Source of the DNA: Thermodesulfobacteriota bacterium
Lineage (GTDB): Bacteria > Desulfobacterota_D > UBA1144 > Nemesobacterales > Nemesobacteraceae
Reading direction: 5' to 3'
Length of the DNA stretch: 64,000 bases
NCBI GenBank assembly: GCA_965202785.1
Contig: OZ241855.1
Span: 1,504,001-1,568,000, forward strand
The notes below the pieces were generated by a model, which saw only the letters and a program-made list of their open reading frames with translations, searched no databases and was not told where the DNA came from. Numbering within the stretch: position 1 is the first letter of the stretch; each line of letters starts with the position of its first letter. This document shows positions 42,420-52,700 of this stretch, piece by piece. The translations under genes and the position numbers were made by a program.

Positions 42420-43700
42420 ATGCGGGAAACGATAAAACTGCTGACTACGATAGTTCAGAAGACTGAATTTGAGGACAAAAATATTGGGACATTTACGTCT
42501 GCAGACCTGCGCAACATATGGCATAGTGACAAATTGAGAGGAAATGTATCATCGGCAAGATATGTTAAACCGAAAGTTCCTGAAGACTTGCTTGTAGAGT
42601 TTACAAATCAAATTCGCCATTTGTTATCTGATTATTTAGAACCTGAGACCGAGCGTATAGGCAATGGGCTGGTTGGTCTAATGGGTGGTTTACCTACCCC
42701 CCAAATAGCCGACTTCGCTAAAAGTTTAATTAGAGGTGCGGTTATTTTGGGACCTGAACGAGTGGTAAAATTGCTACTTGGATGGGTTGAAGGTGAGCCG
42801 CTTCATTACAAAGAAAAAGCTTTGCTTCGTGGTGTAATTATTGATCAACCTTTGGGATTGGAAGAAGAGATACACATTAGCAGTTTGCCAAAATCGTCTG
42901 CTGACTTACCTCCTCATCTTCCTCCATCAGCTATGTTCCACCACAGTCACCTAGATTTCTTGGGGGGTGTAATTTTATCCATTGATTGTGAAGCAGGACC
43001 GGCTTTCTACTTGCCATCAGAAGACGAACTGTCTTCAAGCAACTTCAAATACACACGGGCAAATGGAAAAATCCCTGAGCTTTCAATGGACACATTTTGT
43101 GAAGCTTTATCCCTTGCATGTAACAATCATGTTTGCTGGAAGTTTTTCTGGAGAGATTTTGGGGATCTTGAAGAATTCAATACCTATGTTATCCCTGGTA
43201 TGTCATATGCTGATGTCCCGATTAGAAGTTTCGGAACACCTCTTCTACAAGAACATTTAGAACAGGCGCGGGAGATTCATCTTACACGTTCCTCTTTCGG
43301 AGAAAAAAGAAGACATTTGGATACTGCGGTCAGTCGATGGATAAAGTCGAAGCGATCAAACTCAAGTCTTGCGGATAGATTTATCGATTTGAGGATAGCG
43401 CTTGAAGCATTGTATCTAGAGAACGACCACGAAGGAGAAAAAAGATTTCGTCTTGCGGCCCGTGGAGCATGGCACTTGGGTGCTAACTTTGCCGAAAGAG
43501 GAAAATATTACAAAACTCTTCTTGATGCCTATAGCCGTGCTTCAAGAGTGGTACACGCAGGTGAAAAAAATGTTAAAAAAGAAGACGAAGATCTACTTAC
43601 AGCCGCCCAAGATGTATGCAGAGAAGGAGTTCTAAAAAGACTCAAGGAAAAGGAAAAGCCGGACTGGGACAATATGATGCTAGGAGAGGATATTAACTAG
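42420..43700 (+). CDS. ApeA-like HEPN domain protein
   Basis: C-terminal 'RFIDLRIALEALY...FRLAARGAW.L...YSRASRVVHAG' fits ApeA/HEPN architecture; more AT-rich than neighbours. Confidence 0.7.
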   Translation: MRETIKLLTTIVQKTEFEDKNIGTFTSADLRNIWHSDKLRGNVSSARYVKPKVPEDLLVEFTNQIRHLLSDYLEPETERIGNGLVGLMGGLPTPQIADFAKSLIRGAVILGPERVVKLLLGWVEGEPLHYKEKALLRGVIIDQPLGLEEEIHISSLPKSSADLPPHLPPSAMFHHSHLDFLGGVILSIDCEAGPAFYLPSEDELSSSNFKYTRANGKIPELSMDTFCEALSLACNNHVCWKFFWRDFGDLEEFNTYVIPGMSYADVPIRSFGTPLLQEHLEQAREIHLTRSSFGEKRRHLDTAVSRWIKSKRSNSSLADRFIDLRIALEALYLENDHEGEKRFRLAARGAWHLGANFAERGKYYKTLLDAYSRASRVVHAGEKNVKKEDEDLLTAAQDVCREGVLKRLKEKEKPDWDNMMLGEDIN

Positions 43701-43829
43701 CTTTAATTTTTGAAGCGGGGGTCCTAAATTAATCAACACAACTCTAGATGTGAAGAAAACCGAAGCGGACAATCAATTTGTTAAAAAACTGATCAGTTTA
43801 ATTTGCTTTCTACATTACTTTTGCTTCCG

Positions 43830-43858
43830 TTGACAATACAGGAGGCGGAAATTATATT
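43830..43858 (+). promoter_or_regulatory. Sigma70-type promoter of hrcA-grpE-dnaJ
   Basis: TTGACA (43830-35), 17 nt spacer, TATATT (43853-58). Confidence 0.6.
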
Positions 43859-43868
43859 TCAAAAATAT

Positions 43869-44903
43869 ATGACGCAGCCAATCTCTCCAAGAAATGAAGC
43901 TTTTCTGGGTTTCGTAGTGGACCACTTTATTGAGACCGGAAGCCCCATCGGTTCCTCTGCCCTTATATCGAAATACGGTATAAAATGGTCTCCGGCCACG
44001 GTCCGCCAAGAGCTGAATTCGCTTATGGAAACAGGTTTTCTCGCCCAGAGTCATATCTCTTCGGGCAGATTCCCGACGGAGAAGGGAATAAATTATTACG
44101 TGGAGAACATTCTCAGCACGGAGAACTCACCGGATTTCGGTCTGCGCTCCCTTGAGAACAAGTACGAGGAGATTGACGGCACCCTTGATCACGTGGTAAG
44201 CGCCACAAGCTCGATACTTTCCGACTTTACGAAGCTTGCGGGCCTGGCGATGCTTCCCCAGAGGAACACCCTCAGGGTTAAGTCCGCGAAACTTCTCAAG
44301 ATGGGGGAGAAGGAATGTCTCATGGTCTTGGTGTTTGAGGGCGGGCTTACGGAAAAAACCTATATAAGGCTTGCCAAACCTATTCGAGATTCTCAGGTCG
44401 AGAGGATAGGAAGCTACCTCAATCGGCTGATTCTGGGTCTTACGATTGAGCAGGTGCGAAAGGTGGTGCTCGAGAAAATAAGGAGAACCACTACCGAGTA
44501 CAACGAAATCCTTGAAAAAGTGCTCAGGATAAGCAGCGAGCTTTTCGAGAGGGAAAGAAAAGTGGGGATATTCGTGGAAGGAAAAGCCTCGGTTATCGAG
44601 TCTCTGAGTTTTGGAGACTCGGGTCTCTATAAGACTATAATCGAGATACTTGAGGACCAGGAATTTCTCTCCAGCCTTCTGAAATCGGTTGTAAGAGATG
44701 GCCGCTCAAAGGTCTTTATAGGTTCAGAGAAAGGAATGCCTCGCGGCTTCAGTCTCGTCGCGGCTCCTTACTACAAGGGAAACAGCTACGGGAGCCTGGG
44801 TGTATTCGGTCCCACGCGAATGAACTATTCAAAAATCATCCCGCTTGTGAACTACACGGCGAAAATGGTCACAAAAAGGGTTAACGGAGAAATCACGGAA
44901 TGA
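43869..44903 (+). CDS. hrcA: Heat-inducible transcription repressor HrcA
   Basis: PIGS, SPATVRQEL, QSHISSGRFPTEKG, GVFGPTRMNY; start ATG 43869. Confidence 0.93.
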   Translation: MTQPISPRNEAFLGFVVDHFIETGSPIGSSALISKYGIKWSPATVRQELNSLMETGFLAQSHISSGRFPTEKGINYYVENILSTENSPDFGLRSLENKYEEIDGTLDHVVSATSSILSDFTKLAGLAMLPQRNTLRVKSAKLLKMGEKECLMVLVFEGGLTEKTYIRLAKPIRDSQVERIGSYLNRLILGLTIEQVRKVVLEKIRRTTTEYNEILEKVLRISSELFERERKVGIFVEGKASVIESLSFGDSGLYKTIIEILEDQEFLSSLLKSVVRDGRSKVFIGSEKGMPRGFSLVAAPYYKGNSYGSLGVFGPTRMNYSKIIPLVNYTAKMVTKRVNGEITE

Positions 44904-45514
44904 GTGAGAACACAATCGCAGACGTTGAAGAGAATAAAGAAGACAGCGAGGAAGGTTCGCAGGAGCCTGAACTTCATGTAGCTGAAGGAGAGGGGGAAGA
45001 AACCGAAGAGGATGTCTCCGCGGAACTCGAAGCTTTAAGGGAGAAGTACTTAAGACTCTCTGCCGACTTCGATAACTATAAAAAGAGGCTGGCAAAGGAA
45101 AAACAGGAGATACTTGATTTCGGAAACGCGCACAGGTTAAAGGAACTGCTTTTCGTTCTCGATAACATTGAAAGAGCCATTGAGCTTTCTGAAGAATCAC
45201 ACGGCGAAAAAACGGATTTCGTAGCTTTTCTTGACGGAATAAAGATTGTTCACGCGCAATTTCTTGCGGGTCTTGAGAATTTCGGCGTTACTGAAATAGA
45301 TTCGAATGAGGGAACCGTTTTCGATCCCAGCTACCACGAAGCCGTTTACAAGGATCACTCGGAAACTTACGAAAGCGGGACTATAATCTCGGAGGTCCAG
45401 AAAGGTTACCTTCTAAATGGAAGATTGCTCCGACCCTCGATGGTATCAGTGTCTCAAGGTCCGGAGAAAAAACCTGAAAAAGACCCAGAAGAAGATTCTG
45501 AAGAAAAAGACTGA
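44900..45514 (+). CDS. grpE: Nucleotide exchange factor GrpE
   Basis: [38 protein letters not shown]. Confidence 0.96.
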   Translation: MSENTIADVEENKEDSEEGSQEPELHVAEGEGEETEEDVSAELEALREKYLRLSADFDNYKKRLAKEKQEILDFGNAHRLKELLFVLDNIERAIELSEESHGEKTDFVAFLDGIKIVHAQFLAGLENFGVTEIDSNEGTVFDPSYHEAVYKDHSETYESGTIISEVQKGYLLNGRLLRPSMVSVSQGPEKKPEKDPEEDSEEKD

Positions 45515-45540
45515 CGAAAAGCCCGTCCCCCAATTCCCAA

Positions 45541-46620
45541 ATGGCTAAAGACTACTACGAAATACTGGGCGTTGAGAGAAACGCCTCACCCGAAGACATA
45601 AAAAGTTCCTACAAGGACCTTGCCTTCAAGTATCATCCGGACCGCAACCCGGGCGACGAGAAGGCTGAAGAGAAGTTCAAGGAAATAAACGAGGCCTACC
45701 AGGTGCTCAACGACAGGGACAAAAGGGCCCGTTATGACAGTTTCGGTCACATGTCGGGCGACGGGGTGGGCGGTTTCTCGGGATTCGGCGACCTTTTCGG
45801 AGATCTTTTCGATGACGTCTTCACGGGAGGAATGGGCAGGCGCAGAGCCCGCCAAGGGCAGAATCTGCAATACAGCCTTGAAGTGGATTTTGATGAAGCT
45901 GCGTTTGGAACTCAAAAAGAGGTAAAAGTCAGAAAAAGAAAGCTCTGCGATGAGTGCTCCGGTTCCGGGGCTGCAGTTGGGGGAGAATCGATTTGTGACC
46001 GCTGCGGAGGCAGGGGGTCGATTGCCTTCTCCCAAGGACCGTTCTCGATAAGCCAAGCTTGTCCTTCCTGCGGAGGAAGCGGGAAAATCATAACGAACCC
46101 CTGCAGGAGTTGCAGGGGTTCCGGGCTTTTACACACCGAAAAGATGGTACAGGTCAACATACCCGCCGGAATCTCTAGCGGAATGAGGCTTGTGATAAGG
46201 GGGGAGGGGGAACCCGGAGAACAGGGAGGCCCTCCAGGAGATCTCTACATACAGGTGATGGTAAGGGAACACCCTATTTTCACACGAGAGGGGAATGACA
46301 TCGTGTGCGAGTTCCCGATAAGTTTCACTCAGGCCGCCCTTGGGGATGAGGTAGATGTTCCGATTCTAAAAGGTACCACCAAAATGAAAATTCCCGCCGG
46401 AACCCAGCCGGGACAGACCTTCAGGCTCAGAGGAAAGGGCTTGGTGGATGTGGAATCGGGGAGTCTCGGCGATCAGTATGTCATGGTTAAGGTGGTAATA
46501 CCTCAAAAGCTCACCAAGAAACAGAAGGAAACTTTAAAGGAATTCGCCGTAAGTTACAACGAAGAGAAAGAACCTCTGATCGAGAAATACTTCAATAAAA
46601 TAAAAGAGTTAATTCACTGA
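45541..46620 (+). CDS. dnaJ: Chaperone DnaJ
   Basis: J-domain with HPD, G/F region, four CxxCxGxG repeats. Confidence 0.97.
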   Translation: MAKDYYEILGVERNASPEDIKSSYKDLAFKYHPDRNPGDEKAEEKFKEINEAYQVLNDRDKRARYDSFGHMSGDGVGGFSGFGDLFGDLFDDVFTGGMGRRRARQGQNLQYSLEVDFDEAAFGTQKEVKVRKRKLCDECSGSGAAVGGESICDRCGGRGSIAFSQGPFSISQACPSCGGSGKIITNPCRSCRGSGLLHTEKMVQVNIPAGISSGMRLVIRGEGEPGEQGGPPGDLYIQVMVREHPIFTREGNDIVCEFPISFTQAALGDEVDVPILKGTTKMKIPAGTQPGQTFRLRGKGLVDVESGSLGDQYVMVKVVIPQKLTKKQKETLKEFAVSYNEEKEPLIEKYFNKIKELIH

Positions 46621-46630
46621 AACTAAAGTA

Positions 46631-46708
46631 TTATCTGATATTTCTGAAGCTTTTGTAAAAGCCCGTGCCGTTGCGGACGTCGGGTTCAACGAAGATTGCG
46701 ACGCTCAT
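46631..46708 (-). pseudogene. Stub of VapC/PIN toxin gene (MSVAIFVEPDVR...*)
   Basis: ATG overlaps the antitoxin 3' end; IFVEPDV resembles a decayed PIN 'IFVDTNV' motif; stop after 25 aa. Confidence 0.5.
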
Positions 46709-46928
46709 GCAACTCTTCCCTCGAAGGCTTCCGGTCGTCGACCCGTTTCAGTTTTCGAGGCTTTCTCGACAGAAAACGCTCCATAGCGACTTCGTACTCA
46801 TCTTCTTTGTTTTTCATCCTTTCCAGAAGCTTGCCGACCCAACTGGAGACGCTGAGTCCGTCTTTGGCGGCTTTATCCCTGAGCCAGAGGGCTACGTCTT
46901 CTCGTAGCGTGATGGTAAAGTTTTTCAT
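46686..46928 (-). CDS. CopG/RHH VapB-like antitoxin
   Basis: MKNFTITLREDVALWLR..AAK...SVSSWVG, C-terminal SREELHER; start at ATG 46928. Confidence 0.75.
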   Translation of the reverse strand: MKNFTITLREDVALWLRDKAAKDGLSVSSWVGKLLERMKNKEDEYEVAMERFLSRKPRKLKRVDDRKPSREELHERRNLR

Positions 46929-47079
46929 AACAACCGGTATGCTGAAACGCGGAGACCGCGTCGAGCCGGTTTTGCTGTCAAAACCAGCCTTTTCAGAACC
47001 CCGAGCGCGGCGTATACACAAGGTGCGCCTTGGGTTCGGACGCAATGAGTCCGGAACCCGGACACGGTATTTCGGAAAA

Positions 47080-47352
47080 TTACCCCCCGGCGATTGCCGG
47101 AATGATTGATACGACGTCCCCGTCGTTGAGTTCCGTATCCACTCCTTCAAGAAACCTTATATCTTCGTTGTTAACGTAGAGGTTTATGAATCTTCTCACG
47201 TTTCCGCTCTCATCGCAGAGCCGGTTCTTAATTCCCGGACATTCGCTCTCAAGTTCCTCTATGAGTGCGGATACCGTGGATGCTTCTATGTCAAGCTCGT
47301 CCCTGTCTCCCGAGAGTTTTCTGAGAGGGGTTGGAATTCTTACCGATACCAT
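47080..47352 (-). CDS. MoaD/ThiS/CysO family sulfur-carrier protein
   Basis: [23 protein letters not shown]-terminal IPAIAGG. Confidence 0.9.
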   Translation of the reverse strand: MVSVRIPTPLRKLSGDRDELDIEASTVSALIEELESECPGIKNRLCDESGNVRRFINLYVNNEDIRFLEGVDTELNDGDVVSIIPAIAGG

Positions 47353-47427
47353 GTTTTTCTCCCGTTTCTTCCTAGGTTTATCCGAAATTCTGCTTCTAAC
47401 CGGATACTATGACTATAACACGTAACT

Positions 47428-48663
47428 TTAGAGTTTTTCACTGTTGTAAAGCTCTTCAAAATCTTCAAGGGTGGGGCCTATCAGCGCCGGTTTTCCAAGA
47501 CTTCCCTCAACGGCGTCCTGGGTCTTAAGGCCGTTGCCCGTTATTGATACCACGATGGGCTCGTCGCGGGGAATTTTTTCCTGCTCTATGAGCTTTTTCG
47601 TTACTCCGAGCGTCACTCCGCCGGCGGTTTCGGTGTAAATGCCTTCGGTCCTTGCGAGAAGTTTTATCGCGTCCACTATTTCCTCATCACTCACGTCCTC
47701 CGCCGCTCCGCCGCTCTCCCTTATTATGTTCATCGCGTAGTACCCGTCGGCCGGAGTACCGATGGCAAGGGATTTCGCTATGGTGTCCGGTTTTACGGGC
47801 TTGAACATCTCCCAGTCGTTCTTAAACGCGGTTGATATGGGTGAACACCCCGTCGCCTGGGCGCCGTATATTTTTGAACCCTGAGGCTCCACGATCCCGA
47901 GCAACTCAAACTCCTTTATGGCCTTCCAGACCTTGGTGAGAAGAGAACCGCTTGCCATGGGGACCACTATGTGCTTGGGGGCTTCCCATCCGAGCTGCTC
48001 CATCACCTCAAACGCGTATGACTTGGAACCTTCGGAGTAGTAAGGCCTCATGTTTACATTCACAAAGGCCCAGTTGTATTTGTCGGCGATCTGGCTGCAG
48101 AGCCTGTTAACGTCATCGTAAGTGCCTTTTACGCCTATGAGATTCGCTCCGTAGACTATGGTGTTGAGTATTTTTGACTGTTCAAGATCGTAGGGAATCA
48201 GTATGTAGCTTTTCAGGTTTCCGGAAGCGGAAATCGAGGATACGGAGTTTGCCAGATTTCCCGTGGACGCGCAGCCGGTCGTCTCGAATCCGAACTCTCT
48301 TGCCTTTGAGAGGGCTACGGATACGACCCTGTCCTTAAAAGAGAGGGTGGGGTAGCAGACCGCGTCGTTTTTCACGTAGATTTCGGAAACCCCGAGCTCT
48401 TTTGCAAGGTTTCTTGCCCGCACAAGCGGAGTGTATCCCACCTGGGTTCCGAGGGTAGGTTCTGAGTCGATCGGAAGAAGTTCCTTGTATCTCCATATGT
48501 TCTGCGGACGGGAGGCTATTTTCTCTCTTGAGATATGCTTTTTTATCTCGTCGTAGTTGTATACGGCTTCCAGGGGACCGAAACATGTCTCGCAAACATG
48601 CTTTGGTTCCTTGGGATAAACATCGCTGCATTCCTTGCATTTAAGAGATTCTACGAAGCCCAT
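47428..48663 (-). CDS. thrC: Threonine synthase-like PLP enzyme
   Basis: N-terminal CxxC...CxxC, PTLSFKDR (PLP Lys), ASTGNLA, EGSKS, TGNGLKT; function may differ from ThrC (see findings). Confidence 0.75.
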   Translation of the reverse strand: MGFVESLKCKECSDVYPKEPKHVCETCFGPLEAVYNYDEIKKHISREKIASRPQNIWRYKELLPIDSEPTLGTQVGYTPLVRARNLAKELGVSEIYVKNDAVCYPTLSFKDRVVSVALSKAREFGFETTGCASTGNLANSVSSISASGNLKSYILIPYDLEQSKILNTIVYGANLIGVKGTYDDVNRLCSQIADKYNWAFVNVNMRPYYSEGSKSYAFEVMEQLGWEAPKHIVVPMASGSLLTKVWKAIKEFELLGIVEPQGSKIYGAQATGCSPISTAFKNDWEMFKPVKPDTIAKSLAIGTPADGYYAMNIIRESGGAAEDVSDEEIVDAIKLLARTEGIYTETAGGVTLGVTKKLIEQEKIPRDEPIVVSITGNGLKTQDAVEGSLGKPALIGPTLEDFEELYNSEKL

Positions 48664-48848
48664 GGTGCCTCCAAAAGGTCAATCGGGAGTAAAAACTACC
48701 CTAAAGGCTTTTGATGTCAAAGAAATTCTGCGACTCGCGCTGCGGGTTTTAGAGAAGTTTTTGCTCACCTCGTCCGCAATGAAAGGCGCCGGTTTTTTTA
48801 TTCGCAATGAGGCTTTCAGGTACACTTTCACGCAAAAAGGAGACCCTG

Positions 48849-49640
48849 ATGAACGTAATTAGCGAAGACGGATTCTCAATACACGGCTTCAAAGTCGGCG
48901 AGAGCGACAGCAACTACAATTACCTGGTGGCGTGCGAGGAAACCGGGCAGTGCGTGGTAATAGACCCCCTTGATCCGATCACTCTGCTTGAAATCATAAG
49001 AAAGAGAGATTACAGGGTTAAGTACGTCCTGAATACCCACGCCCATCCAGACCACATTCACGGAAACAATCCCATAATAAAGGTCTTTCTCTCCTCGAAG
49101 ATACTTATTCATCAAACGGCCCTTGACTACGTCGCTCCAAGAAGCGAAGGCATAGAGGAAGGAGACGAGATAGATTTCGGGAAGCAGCGGCTCCAGGTGA
49201 TTCATACCCCGGGACACTGCCCGGAACATGTCTCCTTTATAATCGGGGACAATATTTTTCTGGGCGATACGGTGTTTGTTTCAGGATGCGGAAACGTAAA
49301 ATTCAGGGGAAAGGTCGAAGACCTATACGAAACCTTCGCTTTTAAGCTCTCCGCTCTTCCCGGCGGCCTCAGGATGTTCTGCGGTCATGACTACGCGGAA
49401 ACCAATCTCAAATTCGCTCTTGAACTCGCGCCGGAGAACAAGGACGCGAAGAAAAAGCTCGAGGAAATCTCCGAAGACAGGTTTCCCCGTTCAACCCTGG
49501 GGGAGGAGAGAACTTATAATCCATTCATGAGAACCAGTGATCCGGCCATTTTGGATTCGCTCAGGGAAAAGGATCCGTCTTTGGGAAGTGACCCGATGGC
49601 GGTTTTCATAAAGTTAAGAGAACTCAGGAACATATGGTAG
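48849..49640 (+). CDS. MBL-fold hydrolase, hydroxyacylglutathione hydrolase-like
   Basis: THAHPDH, HTPGHC, GDTVFVSGCG, CGHDY, EERTYNPFMR; AGGAG before ATG 48849. Confidence 0.85.
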   Translation: MNVISEDGFSIHGFKVGESDSNYNYLVACEETGQCVVIDPLDPITLLEIIRKRDYRVKYVLNTHAHPDHIHGNNPIIKVFLSSKILIHQTALDYVAPRSEGIEEGDEIDFGKQRLQVIHTPGHCPEHVSFIIGDNIFLGDTVFVSGCGNVKFRGKVEDLYETFAFKLSALPGGLRMFCGHDYAETNLKFALELAPENKDAKKKLEEISEDRFPRSTLGEERTYNPFMRTSDPAILDSLREKDPSLGSDPMAVFIKLRELRNIW

Positions 49641-49728
49641 ACTCCGTATCTTTCCTTGTTCCCGTAAAGCGGCATTTGCCGGCAGGGGAAAAGGAAGAAT
49701 ATAATGCCTCTCGACAAGGCAGGGAAGA

Positions 49729-52700
49729 ATGAGTACGGAAAACAGCGACACAAAAATCTCCGCGCGGCTCGAGGCTCTTTCAAAAAAGAGGATAGTTTTC
49801 CTCGATGGCGCCATGGGGACCATGATCCAAAGGCATGACCTCGGAGAAGAGGACTTCAGGGGAGATCTGTTCCCTGACCACCCCGTGGACCTGAAAGGCA
49901 ATAACGACCTGCTTTCCCTGACCAGACCCGACGTCATATATGAAATCCACAGAAAATACTTTGAGGCCGGCTGCGATATAGTTGAGACCAACACCTTCAG
50001 CTCCACCTCAATAGCTCAGGCCGACTACGGCCTTGAGAGCTGGGTGAGAGCCCTTAATGTCGAGTCGGCGAAACTCGCAAAGAAGGCGGCTTCTGATTTT
50101 ATGGAGAAAAATCCCCGGAGGATTTGTTTCGTCGCCGGAGCACTGGGTCCGACCAATAAGACTGCATCAATGTCCCCTGACGTGAACGATCCGTCGTACA
50201 GGGCGGTTTCTTTTGACCAGCTGGTTGATGCTTATCGCGAGCAGACGGAAGCCCTTGTTGAGGGAGGGGTGGATATACTTATGCCCGAAACCACCTTTGA
50301 CACGCTTAACCTGAAGGCGGCCATATACGCCATTGAGAGCTTTTTCGATGCGCGCGGAGGGGAAAGGATTCCGGTCATGATCTCCGTTACCATAACGGAT
50401 CGGTCCGGGCGCACTCTTTCGGGCCAGACTGTGGAGGCTTTCTGGAACTCCGTTCGCCACGCAAAGCCCTTCAGCGTCGGTATAAACTGCGCGCTGGGGG
50501 CAGAAGAAATGCGTCCTTACATAGAGGAACTCTCGCGAATAGCCGACTGCCGCATAAGCTGCTACCCGAATGCCGGACTTCCCAACCCGTTGAGTGAGAC
50601 GGGATACGATGAGACGCCGGAGATTACCTCTGCTCTTCTTCTGGATTTCGCGGAAAGCGGTTTTGTCAACATGGTGGGCGGATGCTGCGGCACTACCCCC
50701 GAGCACATAGAGATGGTGGTTAAAAGGCTAAGAGATGTTCCGCCGAGAGAAATCCCGGTTCACAAGGATGCGACCAGGCTAAGCGGTCTTGAACCCCTTA
50801 CGATAACCTCTGGCGCCGAGGGACCTTTCATAATGGTCGGGGAGAGGACCAATGTTACGGGTTCTCCGAAGTTCGCAAGGCTTGTAAAGGGAGAAGACTA
50901 TGAGGGGGCTGTTTCGGTAGCCCTTCAACAGGTGGAGAACGGGGCAAACATAATAGACGTTAATTTCGATGAGGGACTTCTTGACTCTGAAGCCTGTATG
51001 AAACGTTTCCTCAACCTTATCGCTTCGGAACCCGAGGTGACCAGGGTTCCGGTGATGATAGACAGCTCCAAGTGGTCCGTTATCGAGCAGGGGCTTAAAT
51101 GTATTCAGGGCAAGTGCATTGTAAATTCCATAAGTCTTAAGGAAGGCGAGGAAGTGTTCTGCCAGCAGGCAAAGGCGGCAATGCGCTACGGCGCTTCAGT
51201 GGTGGTAATGGCTTTTGACGAAAAGGGCCAGGCGGCCTCAAAAGAGGACAAGGTGGAAGTCTGCAAAAGGGCTTACCGCATATTGACTGAAGAAGTGGGC
51301 ATGGATCCCTGCGACATAATCTTTGACCCGAACATACTTACCGTCGGAACCGGGATCGAGGAACACAATTCCTACGCCGTGAATTACATAGAGGCCGTGA
51401 GGGAGATAAAAGAGTCCTGTCCCGGGGCCCTCACAAGCGGCGGGGTAAGTAACATATCCTTCTCCTTCAGGGGGAACAACGTAGTGCGCGAAGCTATGCA
51501 CAGCGCATTTCTTTACCACGCCATAAAAGCCGGGCTTGACATGGGAATAGTAAACGCCGGGATGCTGGCCGTTTACGACGACATTGACCCCGAGCTTCTT
51601 GAAAAGGTGGAGGACGTGCTTCTTAACCGGCGCCCCGACGCCACGGAGCGTCTTGTTGAGCACGCAAAACATTTTGAAGGGGTGAAGTCCGCGAGTTCGG
51701 AAAAGGAGACCAAGCAATGGAGAGAGCTTGGGGTTGAAAAACGTCTTGAACACTCTCTTGTAAACGGCATAGCGGATTTCATTGAGGATGATACAGAAGA
51801 AGCCAGGGTCAAATATGGAGCCCCGCTTAATGTTATTGAAGGTCCCCTTATGGATGGAATGAAAGTGGTTGGGGACCTGTTCGGCGACGGCAAGATGTTT
51901 CTTCCCCAAGTGGTAAAAAGCGCCAGAGTCATGAAAAGAGCCGTTGCGCACCTTCAGCCGTTTATGGAAAAGGAAAAAGAGGGAAGCAGTGGAGTTAAGG
52001 GAAAGTTCGTTATAGCTACCGTTAAGGGAGACGTCCACGATATAGGAAAAAACATCGTCTCTGTGGTTCTCGGTTGCAATAACTACGAAGTAATAGATCT
52101 TGGGGTAATGGTTCCCTGCGAGAAAATACTCAACGTCGCGAGAGAAAATCGAGCAGACTTCATAGGGTTAAGCGGGCTGATTACGCCCTCCCTTGACGAA
52201 ATGGTTTATAACGCGAGAGAGATGGAACGGGAAGGTTTCAAAATCCCTCTTCTTATAGGCGGGGCCACAACAAGCAGGGCTCATACGGCGATAAGAATAG
52301 CTCCGGGATACAGCGGCATAGTTGATCACGTGGCCGATGCTTCGCTTGTGGTAGGTGCCTGCAACGAGATGCTGGATCCGGAGAGGGCCCGGCTTTACAT
52401 GGAAAAACTGGAACAAAGCAACTCCGAGCAAAGACAGCGTTTTGAAAAAGCCCGTGGCCAGACGGAATATGCCTCCATAGAAGAAGCAAGGGAAAAAGCG
52501 TTTCCGACTGACTGGGAGAATATCGAAATAGAGTGCCCCGGGCGGCTTGGAGTTTTTGTCTTCGACAGCATCTCTCTTGAAGAGGTCGCCGGTTACATCG
52601 ACTGGTCTCCTTTTTTCTGGGCGTGGGAGCTTAAGGGAGTTTTTCCGAAAATACTTGAGCATCCCGAAAGAGGAGATCAGGCAAAAAAACTTTACCGGGA

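Noticed and set aside
46929-47150. N-terminal extension of the 154 aa ORF 46686-47150
   Set aside because: It overlaps the sulfur-carrier gene in another frame and crosses hairpin-rich spacer; the RHH domain begins at ATG 46928.
48664-48848. Possible SAM riboswitch upstream of the thrC-like gene
   Set aside because: No SAM-I consensus is visible, and a TTGACA-16 nt-TAGTTT promoter lies close to the start, leaving little room.
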